Assembly (NCBI GenBank): GCA_904501925.1
Contig: CAJGCO010000005.1
Span: 16,219 to 80,218, forward strand
Length of the DNA stretch: 64,000 nucleotides
Origin: an uncultured Alphaproteobacteria bacterium
Lineage (GTDB): Bacteria > Pseudomonadota > Alphaproteobacteria > RF32 > CAG-239
Reading direction: 5' to 3'
Part shown: positions 1 to 8,529 of the stretch, piece by piece
Layout of the letters: every line of letters starts with the position of its first letter
Position numbering within the stretch: the stretch's first letter is position 1
The notes under the pieces: model-generated
What the model saw: the letters and a program-made list of their open reading frames with translations, nothing else
Told to the model about the DNA's origin: nothing
Database searches by the model: none
Program-made: the position numbers and the translations under genes

Positions 1-12
1 TCAGATGTTAAA

Positions 13-3000
13 ATGAAGATGATGGATGGTAACGAAGCTGCTGCTTCTGTTGCACACCGCATGAATGAAGTCTGCGTTATTTACCCAATTACACCTTCAT
101 CTCCAATGGGTGAGTGGGCAGATGCGTGGTCAGCTGCAAAACAAAAAAACCTTTGGGGAGTTGTTCCGTTTGTTCAAGAAATGCAATCTGAAGCTGGTGC
201 TGCTGGTGCTTGCCATGGTTCAATACAAGCAGGCGCTTTAACAACTACTTTTACAGCATCTCAAGGTTTGTTGTTGATGATTCCAAATATGTATAAGATT
301 GCAGGTGAACTTTCTCCATTTGTTATGCATGTGGCTGCTCGTTCGCTTGCTTATCATGCTTTGTCTATTTATGGTGACCATTCGGACGTTATGGGATGTC
401 GTCAAACAGGTTTTGCAATGCTTTGTTCAAATAGTGTGCAAGAAGCTGGTGATATGGCTTGTATTGCTCAGACATCGACATTAAGGGCACGTGTTCCTTT
501 TATGCATTTCTTTGATGGTTTTAGAACATCTCATGAAATTAAAAAAGTAAATACAATTTCTGATGAACAATTATTAGCGATGTTGGAGGGCGTTGATTAT
601 AAGTTTAATGCTAAACATGCTCTTAGACCTGAAAATCCTGTTATTCGTGGTACAGCACAAAATCCTGATGTGTTCTTCCAAGGAAGAGAAGCATGTAATA
701 AATATTACGATGCAGTAGAAGGTATTGTTCAAGAAGAAATGAATAAATTTGCTAAAATTACTGGTCGTTCTTATAACGTTGTTGATTATGTTGGTGTTAA
801 AGATGCTGAGCATGTTGTAGTTGTTATGGGTAGTGGTGCTGAAACAGTTGAAGAAGCTATCGAATACTTAAATGCTCATGGTGAAAAATATGGGGTGTTA
901 AAAGTTAGACTTTATCGTCCTTTCCCTGCTGACGCTCTTCTTAAAGCAATGCCTACAACAGTTAAAACAGTTAGCGTGTTAGATAGAACAAAAGAAAGTG
1001 GATCATTGGGTGAACCATTGTATTTGGATGTTGTTACAACTTTATCACAAGCATTTGCTAATGGTAAAATTGAAACATTACCTAAAATTTATGGTGGACG
1101 TTATGGTCTATCTTCTAAAGAATTTACTCCAGCTATGGCAAAGGCTGTGTTTGATAATGCAAAGAGTGAAAATCCTATTAATGGATTTAGTGTTGGTATT
1201 ATTGATGATGTAACATATAAATCTTTGGCATTTGATGAAACATTTGATGTTGAGCCAGATGATGTTGTTAGAGCTGTATTCTTTGGTTTGGGTGCGGATG
1301 GTACTGTTGGTGCAAACAAAAACTCTATTAAAATCATTGCAGAAGATGCAGGTAAATATGGTCAAGGATATTTTGTATATGACTCAAGAAAAAGCGGTAG
1401 TATGACAACTTCTCACCTTCGTTTTTCTGATAAACCTATACGTAGTGCATATTTGGTTAATAAAGCAGATTTTGTTGCTTGCCATCAATTCCAATTTATG
1501 CAAAAGGTTGATATCTTAAAAATTGCTAAAAAAGGTGGTACATTCTTATTGAATGCTCCATATAAAGCTGATGAAGTTTGGAACCATTTACCTAAAGAAG
1601 TTCAAGAGCAAATTATTTCTAAAGAATTGAAGTTCTATACAATTAATGCAATAGAAGTGGCTCGTGCAACAGGTATGGGTGCTAGAATTAATACTATCAT
1701 GCAAGCTTGTTTCTTTGCTATTTCTAATATTCTTCCTAAAGATGAAGCAATAGCTCAAATTAAAGCAGCTATTAAGAAAACTTATTCTAAGAAGGGTGAG
1801 GCTGTAATTGAGAAAAACTATGCAGCTGTTGATGCAAGTTTGGAACATATGTTTAGAGTTAATTATCCTAAATCAGTTACTTCTACATACAATCGTTTGG
1901 CTCCAGTTCCTGTGGATGCTCCAGAATTTGTTCAAGGTTTAACAGCTAAGTTAATTGCAGATGTCGGGGATAGTATTACTACATCTGAATTGCAAGAAGT
2001 TGTTGATGGTACATGGCCTACAGCTACAACACAATATGAAAAACGTTGTATCGCTACTGAAATTCCTGTTTGGGATCCACAAAGTTGTATTCAATGTGGT
2101 AAGTGTTCTATTGTATGTCCTCATGGCGTTATTCGTATGAAGGTGGCAAGTGAAGAAGAATTGGCTAATGCTCCAGAAACATTAAAAAGAGCAGATTATA
2201 AGGGTAAGGAATTTGCAGGTAAGAAATTTATGTTACAAATTTCTGCTGAAGACTGTACAGGTTGTGGTGTTTGTGTATCTGCATGTCCTGCTAAAAATAA
2301 AGAAAATCCAGAATTACATGCTATCAATATGGATCATATTGAAAATCATTTGGAAAATGAAAAAGCTAACTGGAAGTTCTTTGAAACTCTTCCTTATGTG
2401 AAGAGAACTGAAGTTATGAAAAATCTTCCAAAGACAACACAAATGATTCAACCTTTGTTTGAATTTTCTGGTGCTTGTGCCGGTTGTGGTGAAACTCCTT
2501 ATATTAAATTGATTACACAGTTATTTGGTGATAGAATGGTTGTTGCTAATGCAACTGGTTGTTCTTCAATTTATTCAGGTAATCTTCCAACAACTCCATA
2601 TTGCAAAGATGAAAAAGGTTTTGGACCAGCTTGGGCTAACTCTTTATTTGAAGATAATGCAGAGTTCGGTTTAGGTATGAGAGTTTCTATTGATCAAGGT
2701 GTTGAAACTGCAAGAGCTTTATTGGAAAATATGAAAGATAAAATTGGTGATGTGGCTAATAGAATTCTTGAAAATCCTCAATTAAGCGATGCTGAAATTG
2801 ATGTTCAACGTGCATATGTTAAAGAATTAAGAGCTAAATTGGCTGAGCTTGAAGGTGAAGAAGCTAGTCACTTGAATGAAATAGCAGATTACCTAATTAA
2901 AAAATCTGTTTGGATTATTGGTGGTGATGGTTGGGCTTATGATATTGGCTTTGGTGGTTTAGATCATGCAATTGCTAGTGGTCGTAATGTTAATATTTTA

Positions 3001-3546
3001 GTTGTTGATACTGGTGTATATTCAAATACAGGTGGTCAACAATCTAAAGCAACTCCAATGGGTGCAAGTGCTAAATTTGCAACAGCTGGTAAAGAGTTAC
3101 CTAAAAAGGATTTAGCTATGATTGCTATGTCTTATGGTAATGTTTATGTTGCTCAAGTTGCAATGGGTGCTAATGATACTCAAGTGATTAAAGCCTTAAA
3201 TGAAGCAGAAGCATTTGATGGTCCATCTTTAATTATTGCATATTCTCACTGTATTAACCAAGGTTTGAATATGGCAGAAGGTTTGAGACATCAAAAAGAC
3301 GCTGTAGAAACTGGTTCTTGGCCTTTATATCGCTATAATCCAGAAAATGTTAAAGAAGGTAAAGCGCCTCTAATGTTAGATTCTAAGGCTCCTTCAAAAC
3401 CTCTTTCTGATTATATGTCATCAGAGACACGTTTCCAAGTTGTAAATAAATCTAATCCTGAGCGTTATAATGCACTACTTGAAAAAGCTCAAGAAGGCGT
3501 TAATGCGAAAAGGGCTATATTGGAGCATATGTCCCAATATAAATAA
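13..3546 (+). CDS. nifJ: Pyruvate:ferredoxin (flavodoxin) oxidoreductase, single-chain NifJ/YdbK type, 1177 aa
   Basis: Full-length ORF with an N-terminus (MDGNEAAASVAHRMNEVCVIYPITPSS) typical of PFOR. It has two 4Fe-4S ferredoxin motifs (CIQCGKCSIVCP, CTGCGVCVSACP) and a TPP-binding GDGW motif, and its length matches single-chain PFOR. Confidence 0.93.
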   Translation: MKMMDGNEAAASVAHRMNEVCVIYPITPSSPMGEWADAWSAAKQKNLWGVVPFVQEMQSEAGAAGACHGSIQAGALTTTFTASQGLLLMIPNMYKIAGELSPFVMHVAARSLAYHALSIYGDHSDVMGCRQTGFAMLCSNSVQEAGDMACIAQTSTLRARVPFMHFFDGFRTSHEIKKVNTISDEQLLAMLEGVDYKFNAKHALRPENPVIRGTAQNPDVFFQGREACNKYYDAVEGIVQEEMNKFAKITGRSYNVVDYVGVKDAEHVVVVMGSGAETVEEAIEYLNAHGEKYGVLKVRLYRPFPADALLKAMPTTVKTVSVLDRTKESGSLGEPLYLDVVTTLSQAFANGKIETLPKIYGGRYGLSSKEFTPAMAKAVFDNAKSENPINGFSVGIIDDVTYKSLAFDETFDVEPDDVVRAVFFGLGADGTVGANKNSIKIIAEDAGKYGQGYFVYDSRKSGSMTTSHLRFSDKPIRSAYLVNKADFVACHQFQFMQKVDILKIAKKGGTFLLNAPYKADEVWNHLPKEVQEQIISKELKFYTINAIEVARATGMGARINTIMQACFFAISNILPKDEAIAQIKAAIKKTYSKKGEAVIEKNYAAVDASLEHMFRVNYPKSVTSTYNRLAPVPVDAPEFVQGLTAKLIADVGDSITTSELQEVVDGTWPTATTQYEKRCIATEIPVWDPQSCIQCGKCSIVCPHGVIRMKVASEEELANAPETLKRADYKGKEFAGKKFMLQISAEDCTGCGVCVSACPAKNKENPELHAINMDHIENHLENEKANWKFFETLPYVKRTEVMKNLPKTTQMIQPLFEFSGACAGCGETPYIKLITQLFGDRMVVANATGCSSIYSGNLPTTPYCKDEKGFGPAWANSLFEDNAEFGLGMRVSIDQGVETARALLENMKDKIGDVANRILENPQLSDAEIDVQRAYVKELRAKLAELEGEEASHLNEIADYLIKKSVWIIGGDGWAYDIGFGGLDHAIASGRNVNILVVDTGVYSNTGGQQSKATPMGASAKFATAGKELPKKDLAMIAMSYGNVYVAQVAMGANDTQVIKALNEAEAFDGPSLIIAYSHCINQGLNMAEGLRHQKDAVETGSWPLYRYNPENVKEGKAPLMLDSKAPSKPLSDYMSSETRFQVVNKSNPERYNALLEKAQEGVNAKRAILEHMSQYK

Positions 3547-3559
3547 AAGGGAAAATTTT

Positions 3560-3829
3560 GGTGTCTAATCGTCAATGGAAGCCTGTTGGCAAAAATTCAT
3601 TTACTATTTTGTAAACTAAAATTTTTGCCACAGGACATTGACTTCTATCCACTCAAAATTTTCCTCTTTTATTTTTGAGGAGAGGTGTCTAATCGTCAAT
3701 GGAAGCCTGTTAGTAAAAATTCATTTACTATTTTGTAAACTAAAATTTTTGGAACAAGCCATTGACTTCTATCCACTCAAAATTTTATTCCTTTATTGAG
3801 CGACCTTTGTGGTCGCTCTTATTTTTTTT
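3560..3829 (+). repeat. Tandem duplication of a ~124-bp intergenic module (copy 1 3560-3683, copy 2 3684-3829). Each copy contains a conserved GTG-initiated 17-codon micro-ORF (VSNRQWKPV[G/S]KNSFTIL*) and ends in a hairpin plus T-run.
   Basis: Direct alignment of the two copies is near-identical apart from one short divergent patch. Terminal hairpins are cctctttt..gaggagag (copy 1) and gagcgacc..ggtcgctc + T9 (copy 2). Confidence 0.8.
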
Positions 3830-3920
3830 GTGGTTGGTTGCATATGTGTTTTATCTTAGTATTTTAATTAATTTTTTATAATATTCTGTTAGTATGCAAG
3901 TATTGCATAGGAGATTATTT

Positions 3921-5309
3921 ATGAAATTAGCTTTTAATCTAAAAGGAATGTTTTTATTTTCCCTATTTCTAATGTTTTGGCATATGTTATTGTCGGGTGT
4001 TTTTATATGTGGAAGTAGTTTGATTTTAGGTTATATGGGATATTGCTATTATTTGAAAAAAGTAAATATTTGTGATATTTTATTTAGTAGTAGTGTTATT
4101 ATTAATTTATGGTATGTTTCAAATCTTTCTATTAATATTCATCAATATGATTATTTTAATTTTTTTATGCATGCAATGTATTTTGTTGATCATGATTTTT
4201 TTGTTAAAAATCCGATTTATTATTTAAGTTCAGTATATTTTCAACCACCACTTTGGGGATTAATTGCAGGAATAGTTACAAAGATAGGTGTAATTTTTTC
4301 TTTGACTAATGAATATGCGTTTGATCATGTTAGATATATTAGTTTTTTTGCAATATCAGGTACCGGAATTTTGGGGTGGAGATTTTTTAATTTATTTAAT
4401 TTAAGTAAAAAGATTTTGTTATGGGGATATGGTATGTTTTTGTTTATGCCAATTCATACTATTATGGCAGGTCTTAATAATAATGATTCATTTGTATATT
4501 TTTTAATGGTTGCAATTTTATATAAAGGTTATCAATGGTATATTGATAACAATAAAAGAGATGCATTTATTATTGCTGGATTATTTGTATTGGCTGGAAT
4601 GACAAAATTTTCGGGTTTGATGATGATGGCTTATATTGGTATTTTAGGATTGGCATTGTTGATTGAAAGTAAAAATAAACTTTCTTATAAATTGTGGAGT
4701 GAGTTCTTTATTATTGGGATGGGGGGAGTTATTGGATTTTTATGGGGGTGGTTGCTTTTATATATTGGGTTTGCTTTGGTTCCTCCACCAAATAATGTTA
4801 GTTTTCAATTTATGGGGGATTATTCTATTTTTGAACGTTTATTGGATTTTAGTAATATAAATGTTTTGTTTGCTGATGTGCGCAATGGAATAATTGAGCC
4901 AAATGTTTGGTTATCCTTGATTAAAACCTCTATATTTGGCGAGTGGAGTTGGAATAATATTTACTTTTCCTATTTGTTATATTTGAGTGCTATACTTATT
5001 TCATTGGTGTGTATTTGGTGTTTTGGAGGTGTGTTTAAGTATCAATTAGGTAAAGATTTTGGACTTAATTTGGCAATTATAGTATTAGTTTTTGTTGTAT
5101 TTATGTCATGGGCTATGTTTTGGATTGAATATCCATATTTTTGTTCAACAGAATTTAGATATGTGGTGGTATTAGTTCCAGTTGCTTGTTTATGGGTGAT
5201 GAATTATTTAAATCAAAAAAAATTGCCAATGTGGGTTAATTATACATTAGCAATTTTTTGTTGTGTTTTTGTAATGGCAAAAATTATTGTTTATTTAAGT
5301 ACCATTTAA
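3921..5309 (+). CDS. Polytopic membrane protein, GT-C-like glycosyltransferase (ArnT/PMT family-like) or O-antigen-related transferase
   Basis: It has more than 10 predicted TM helices. An AGGAG RBS lies 8 nt before the ATG at 3921 (the ORF track start at 3894 is probably too early). It is convergent with the rfb operon; the family assignment is tentative. Confidence 0.5.
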   Translation: MKLAFNLKGMFLFSLFLMFWHMLLSGVFICGSSLILGYMGYCYYLKKVNICDILFSSSVIINLWYVSNLSINIHQYDYFNFFMHAMYFVDHDFFVKNPIYYLSSVYFQPPLWGLIAGIVTKIGVIFSLTNEYAFDHVRYISFFAISGTGILGWRFFNLFNLSKKILLWGYGMFLFMPIHTIMAGLNNNDSFVYFLMVAILYKGYQWYIDNNKRDAFIIAGLFVLAGMTKFSGLMMMAYIGILGLALLIESKNKLSYKLWSEFFIIGMGGVIGFLWGWLLLYIGFALVPPPNNVSFQFMGDYSIFERLLDFSNINVLFADVRNGIIEPNVWLSLIKTSIFGEWSWNNIYFSYLLYLSAILISLVCIWCFGGVFKYQLGKDFGLNLAIIVLVFVVFMSWAMFWIEYPYFCSTEFRYVVVLVPVACLWVMNYLNQKKLPMWVNYTLAIFCCVFVMAKIIVYLSTI

Positions 5310-6297
5310 CGGTTTTTACTATACCAGTTTTAAATGTTTCGTCTGGTTTATAATTTAACATGTCTTCGATTTTGGTTGGATCAATTGCATAGCGCATATC
5401 GTGTCCAGCTCTATCTTTTACGAAGGTGATTAAATCGGAATATTTTTTACCATCTGTGCGTGGTCTTTCTTTATCTAAGATATCACAAATGATGTTGGTT
5501 ATTTCAATGTTTGTAAGTTCATTATGTCCACCAACGTTATATGTTTGACCATTAATGCCATTGTGATAGATAATATCTATGGCTTTGGCATGATCTGTTA
5601 CGTATAGCCAATCTCTAATATTTTGCCCATTGCCATAAATTGGTATAGGACTTAAATTTAAGCAATTTCTGATAATGGTTGGGATTAACTTTTCATTGTG
5701 TTGTTTAGGGCCGTAATTATTTGAACAATTTGATGTTGTAGTATTTAGGCCATAAGTGTGATGATATGCACGAACTAAAAAGTCTGAGCTTGCTTTTGAT
5801 GAGGAATATGGTGAGTTTGGAGCGTAAGGTGTTGTTTCACTAAAATACCCTGTTGGACCAAGTGAACCAAATACTTCATCTGTAGAAATATGATGAAAGC
5901 GATAATTTTTGCATTCTGGTTTTGGACTAAATGGTGCATCAAACCAATGTGTGCGACAAGCTTCTAGTAGATTAAATGTGCCAAGTATATTAGTATTTAT
6001 AAAAGCTCTTGGCGAAGAAATTGAATTATCAACATGGCTTTCTGCGGCAAAGTGGATTACACCTGTTATGTTATATTTATCAAAGATATCATTAATTGTT
6101 TGTTCATCACAAATATCTGCTTTAATAAAAGTGTAGTTAGGGTTGTTTTCTACTTCTTTTAAGTTATCTAAATTACCAGCATAAGTTAGCTTATCTAGGT
6201 TTATTATTTTATAGTCTGGGTGTTGAGACATAAAATAAGGGATAAAATTGGCACCAATAAAACCAGCACCACCTGTTATTAAAATTGTTTGAGACAT
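5284..6297 (-). CDS. rfbB: dTDP-glucose 4,6-dehydratase
   Basis: ILITGGAGFIGANF Rossmann motif and SDR-extended family features; an AAGGA RBS precedes the MSQ start, and the gene is last in the rfbACDB operon. Confidence 0.9.
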   Translation of the reverse strand: MSQTILITGGAGFIGANFIPYFMSQHPDYKIINLDKLTYAGNLDNLKEVENNPNYTFIKADICDEQTINDIFDKYNITGVIHFAAESHVDNSISSPRAFINTNILGTFNLLEACRTHWFDAPFSPKPECKNYRFHHISTDEVFGSLGPTGYFSETTPYAPNSPYSSSKASSDFLVRAYHHTYGLNTTTSNCSNNYGPKQHNEKLIPTIIRNCLNLSPIPIYGNGQNIRDWLYVTDHAKAIDIIYHNGINGQTYNVGGHNELTNIEITNIICDILDKERPRTDGKKYSDLITFVKDRAGHDMRYAIDPTKIEDMLNYKPDETFKTGIVKTVKWYLNKQ

Positions 6298-7103
6298 TTT
6301 TTTAATCCTTCTTTCCAATGGGGAATTTCAATGTTAAAACGTTTTTTGATTTTTGATTTATTTAATACGCTATAATGTGGGCGTGGAGTAGGCGTTGGAT
6401 AGTCTTTGCTTTCAATTGGATAAACATGGCAATTTAAGTTTGATTGTTCCATGATTTCTAATGCAAAATCATACCAAGAGCATACTCCTTCATTGGAGTA
6501 ATGATATATGCCTTTTTCTCCAGGTGTAAGTTGTGGGATTATATCGATAATAGCTTGAGCTAAATCGTATGCATATGTTGGTGTTCCAATTTGGTCAAAA
6601 ATTACGTTTAGGCTTTCTTTTTCTGCACCGAGTTTACGCATTGTTTTTACAAAATTTGAACCATGGGGGGAATATAACCAAGATGTGCGAATTATTATAG
6701 CTGTATTAGCATTATCTAGGACATTTTTTTCTCCCTCAAGTTTTGTTGAGCCATAAACAGAAATAGGTGATGAGGTATCATCTTCTGTGTATGGTTTGTG
6801 GGATGTGCCATCAAAAACATAATCAGTTGAAACATGGATAATGTTTTTGCCATATTTTGCTAAATAAAGTGGGGCTAGAGCATTTACATTGTGAGCAGTT
6901 TCTTGGTCGGTTTGTGCTTTATCAACGGCTGTATATGCAGAACAATTTATGATTAAATCATATGAATTTTTTGAAAAGAATTCTTCGACGGCTTTTTGAT
7001 TAGTAAGGTCTAGTTCTTCTTTGTCAATATAGTGAGCTTTATCTTTTAATAAGCTTTGAATTGCTGTACCTAATTGACCTTTACATCCGGTTACTAAAAA
7101 CAT
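6279..7103 (-). CDS. rfbD: dTDP-4-dehydrorhamnose reductase
   Basis: MFLVTGCKGQLG N-terminus and a length typical of RmlD. It sits between rfbC and rfbB with overlapping stop/start codons. Confidence 0.88.
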   Translation of the reverse strand: MFLVTGCKGQLGTAIQSLLKDKAHYIDKEELDLTNQKAVEEFFSKNSYDLIINCSAYTAVDKAQTDQETAHNVNALAPLYLAKYGKNIIHVSTDYVFDGTSHKPYTEDDTSSPISVYGSTKLEGEKNVLDNANTAIIIRTSWLYSPHGSNFVKTMRKLGAEKESLNVIFDQIGTPTYAYDLAQAIIDIIPQLTPGEKGIYHYSNEGVCSWYDFALEIMEQSNLNCHVYPIESKDYPTPTPRPHYSVLNKSKIKKRFNIEIPHWKEGLKKCLKQF

Positions 7104-7642
7104 GATTCTAATTCCTCTAAGTTAGGGTGTGATAAATCTCGATCTAAAATATTTGCTTGTGAAAGTGGAATTTTCCAATCAATGTTTAAATTTTTATCCA
7201 AAGGATTTAATCCACCTTCAGAGGCTTTATTGTATAAATTGTCACATTTATATGCAAAAATTGCAGTGTCTGATAAAACAGAAAAACCGTGTGCAAAACC
7301 TCTTGGAATTAAAAGTTGTTGTTGGTTTTCATCGGATAAATGTACGGCAACGTGTTGTCCATAGGTTGGTGATTCTTTTCTTAAATCAACAGCAACATCT
7401 AAAACTTCGCCTTGGATTACTCTTACTAATTTTGCCTGAGCAAAATCACCTTTTTGAAAGTGTAGACCTCTTATTGTTCCGTATTTTGAAAAAGATTGAT
7501 TATCTTGTACAAAGTTGTAAGATAAGCCATTGTCTTTGAATTCTTTTTGGCTATAGCTTTCAAAAAAGTAGCCACGTGTATCTGTAAAAATGCGAGGAGT
7601 TATAATATACACTCCTTCTAATTTGGTTTTAGTAAAGATCAT
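7094..7642 (-). CDS. rfbC: dTDP-4-dehydrorhamnose 3,5-epimerase
   Basis: RmlC cupin motifs (TKLEGVYII, RGLHFQ). The start is taken at the second ATG (MIFTK), which has a GAGGA RBS; the ORF track start at 7654 is an alternative. Confidence 0.88.
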   Translation of the reverse strand: MIFTKTKLEGVYIITPRIFTDTRGYFFESYSQKEFKDNGLSYNFVQDNQSFSKYGTIRGLHFQKGDFAQAKLVRVIQGEVLDVAVDLRKESPTYGQHVAVHLSDENQQQLLIPRGFAHGFSVLSDTAIFAYKCDNLYNKASEGGLNPLDKNLNIDWKIPLSQANILDRDLSHPNLEELESCF

Positions 7643-8516
7643 GTTTTTCCTCATATACTTTTTGTAAATATTGTTTATATGCTACTCCATCTTTTAGATT
7701 AGAGATAAGTTGTTGCATTTGTGTTTTATCAATAAAGCCTTGGCGAAAAGCTATTTCTTCTATGCAAGCAAGTTTTAAGCCTTGGCGTTGTTCTATGATT
7801 TGAACAAACTGTGATGATTCCATTAGGCTATCTGGTGTTCCTGCATCTAACCAAGCATTTCCTCTTTTTAGAGGGATTACGTTTAATCTTTTTTCTTTTA
7901 AGTATAATTTGTTTAGGTCGGTTATTTCAAGTTCGCCACGTTTTGATGGTTTTAATGTTGATGCTTTTTTTATGACGTCATTTGGATAAAAATATAATCC
8001 GGTTACAGCATAGTTTGATTTGGGTTTTAATGGTTTTTCTTCTATAGATTTTACAGAGTTATTTTTATCAAATTCTATAACACCGAAACGCTCTGGATCT
8101 GAAACGTGGAAGCCAAAAACTGTGGCATTGTTGGTGTCTTCATGTACAATTTTTCTATAATTTTTCATTTGTGATTGCATATAAAAGATATTATCACCAA
8201 GTATTAAACATACGTTATCGTTTTTTATGAAATCTTTTCCAATGATAAAGGCTTGAGCAATACCTTCTGGTTTTTCTTGAACTTTATATTGAAGTTTTAA
8301 GCCAAGATTTGAACCATTACCTAATAGCTTTTTTATGTTAGGGGTATCGTTAGGGGTAGAGATTATTAAAATTTCTTTGATACCAAAAAGCATTAAAGTA
8401 GATAAAGGGTAGTATATCATTGGTTTATCATATACTGGTAGTAATTGCTTGGAGATACATTGGGTTAGTGGGTATAATCTGGAGCCAGAACCTCCTGCTA
8501 ATATAATACCTTTCAT
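7629..8516 (-). CDS. rfbA: Glucose-1-phosphate thymidylyltransferase
   Basis: MKGIILAGGSGSRLYPLT nucleotidyltransferase motif; 295 aa, typical of RmlA. Confidence 0.92.
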   Translation of the reverse strand: MKGIILAGGSGSRLYPLTQCISKQLLPVYDKPMIYYPLSTLMLFGIKEILIISTPNDTPNIKKLLGNGSNLGLKLQYKVQEKPEGIAQAFIIGKDFIKNDNVCLILGDNIFYMQSQMKNYRKIVHEDTNNATVFGFHVSDPERFGVIEFDKNNSVKSIEEKPLKPKSNYAVTGLYFYPNDVIKKASTLKPSKRGELEITDLNKLYLKEKRLNVIPLKRGNAWLDAGTPDSLMESSQFVQIIEQRQGLKLACIEEIAFRQGFIDKTQMQQLISNLKDGVAYKQYLQKVYEEKHDLY

Positions 8517-8529
8517 TTTTCCTCCTTTT

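Noticed and set aside
299-2401. Numerous 60-90-aa ORFs inside and antisense to the PFOR gene (e.g. 299-484, 574-813, 998-1213, 1108-1365, 1588-1848, 1955-2140, 2213-2401)
   Set aside because: They lie wholly within a well-supported 1177-aa CDS and have Phe/Leu/Ile/Asn-rich low-complexity composition typical of wrong-frame ORFs in AT-rich DNA.
3560-3829. Possible CRISPR array, given the direct repeats in an intergenic region
   Set aside because: There are only two copies, the unit is ~124 bp with no repeat-spacer alternation, and no cas genes are nearby. It is a tandem duplication of a whole module, not CRISPR.
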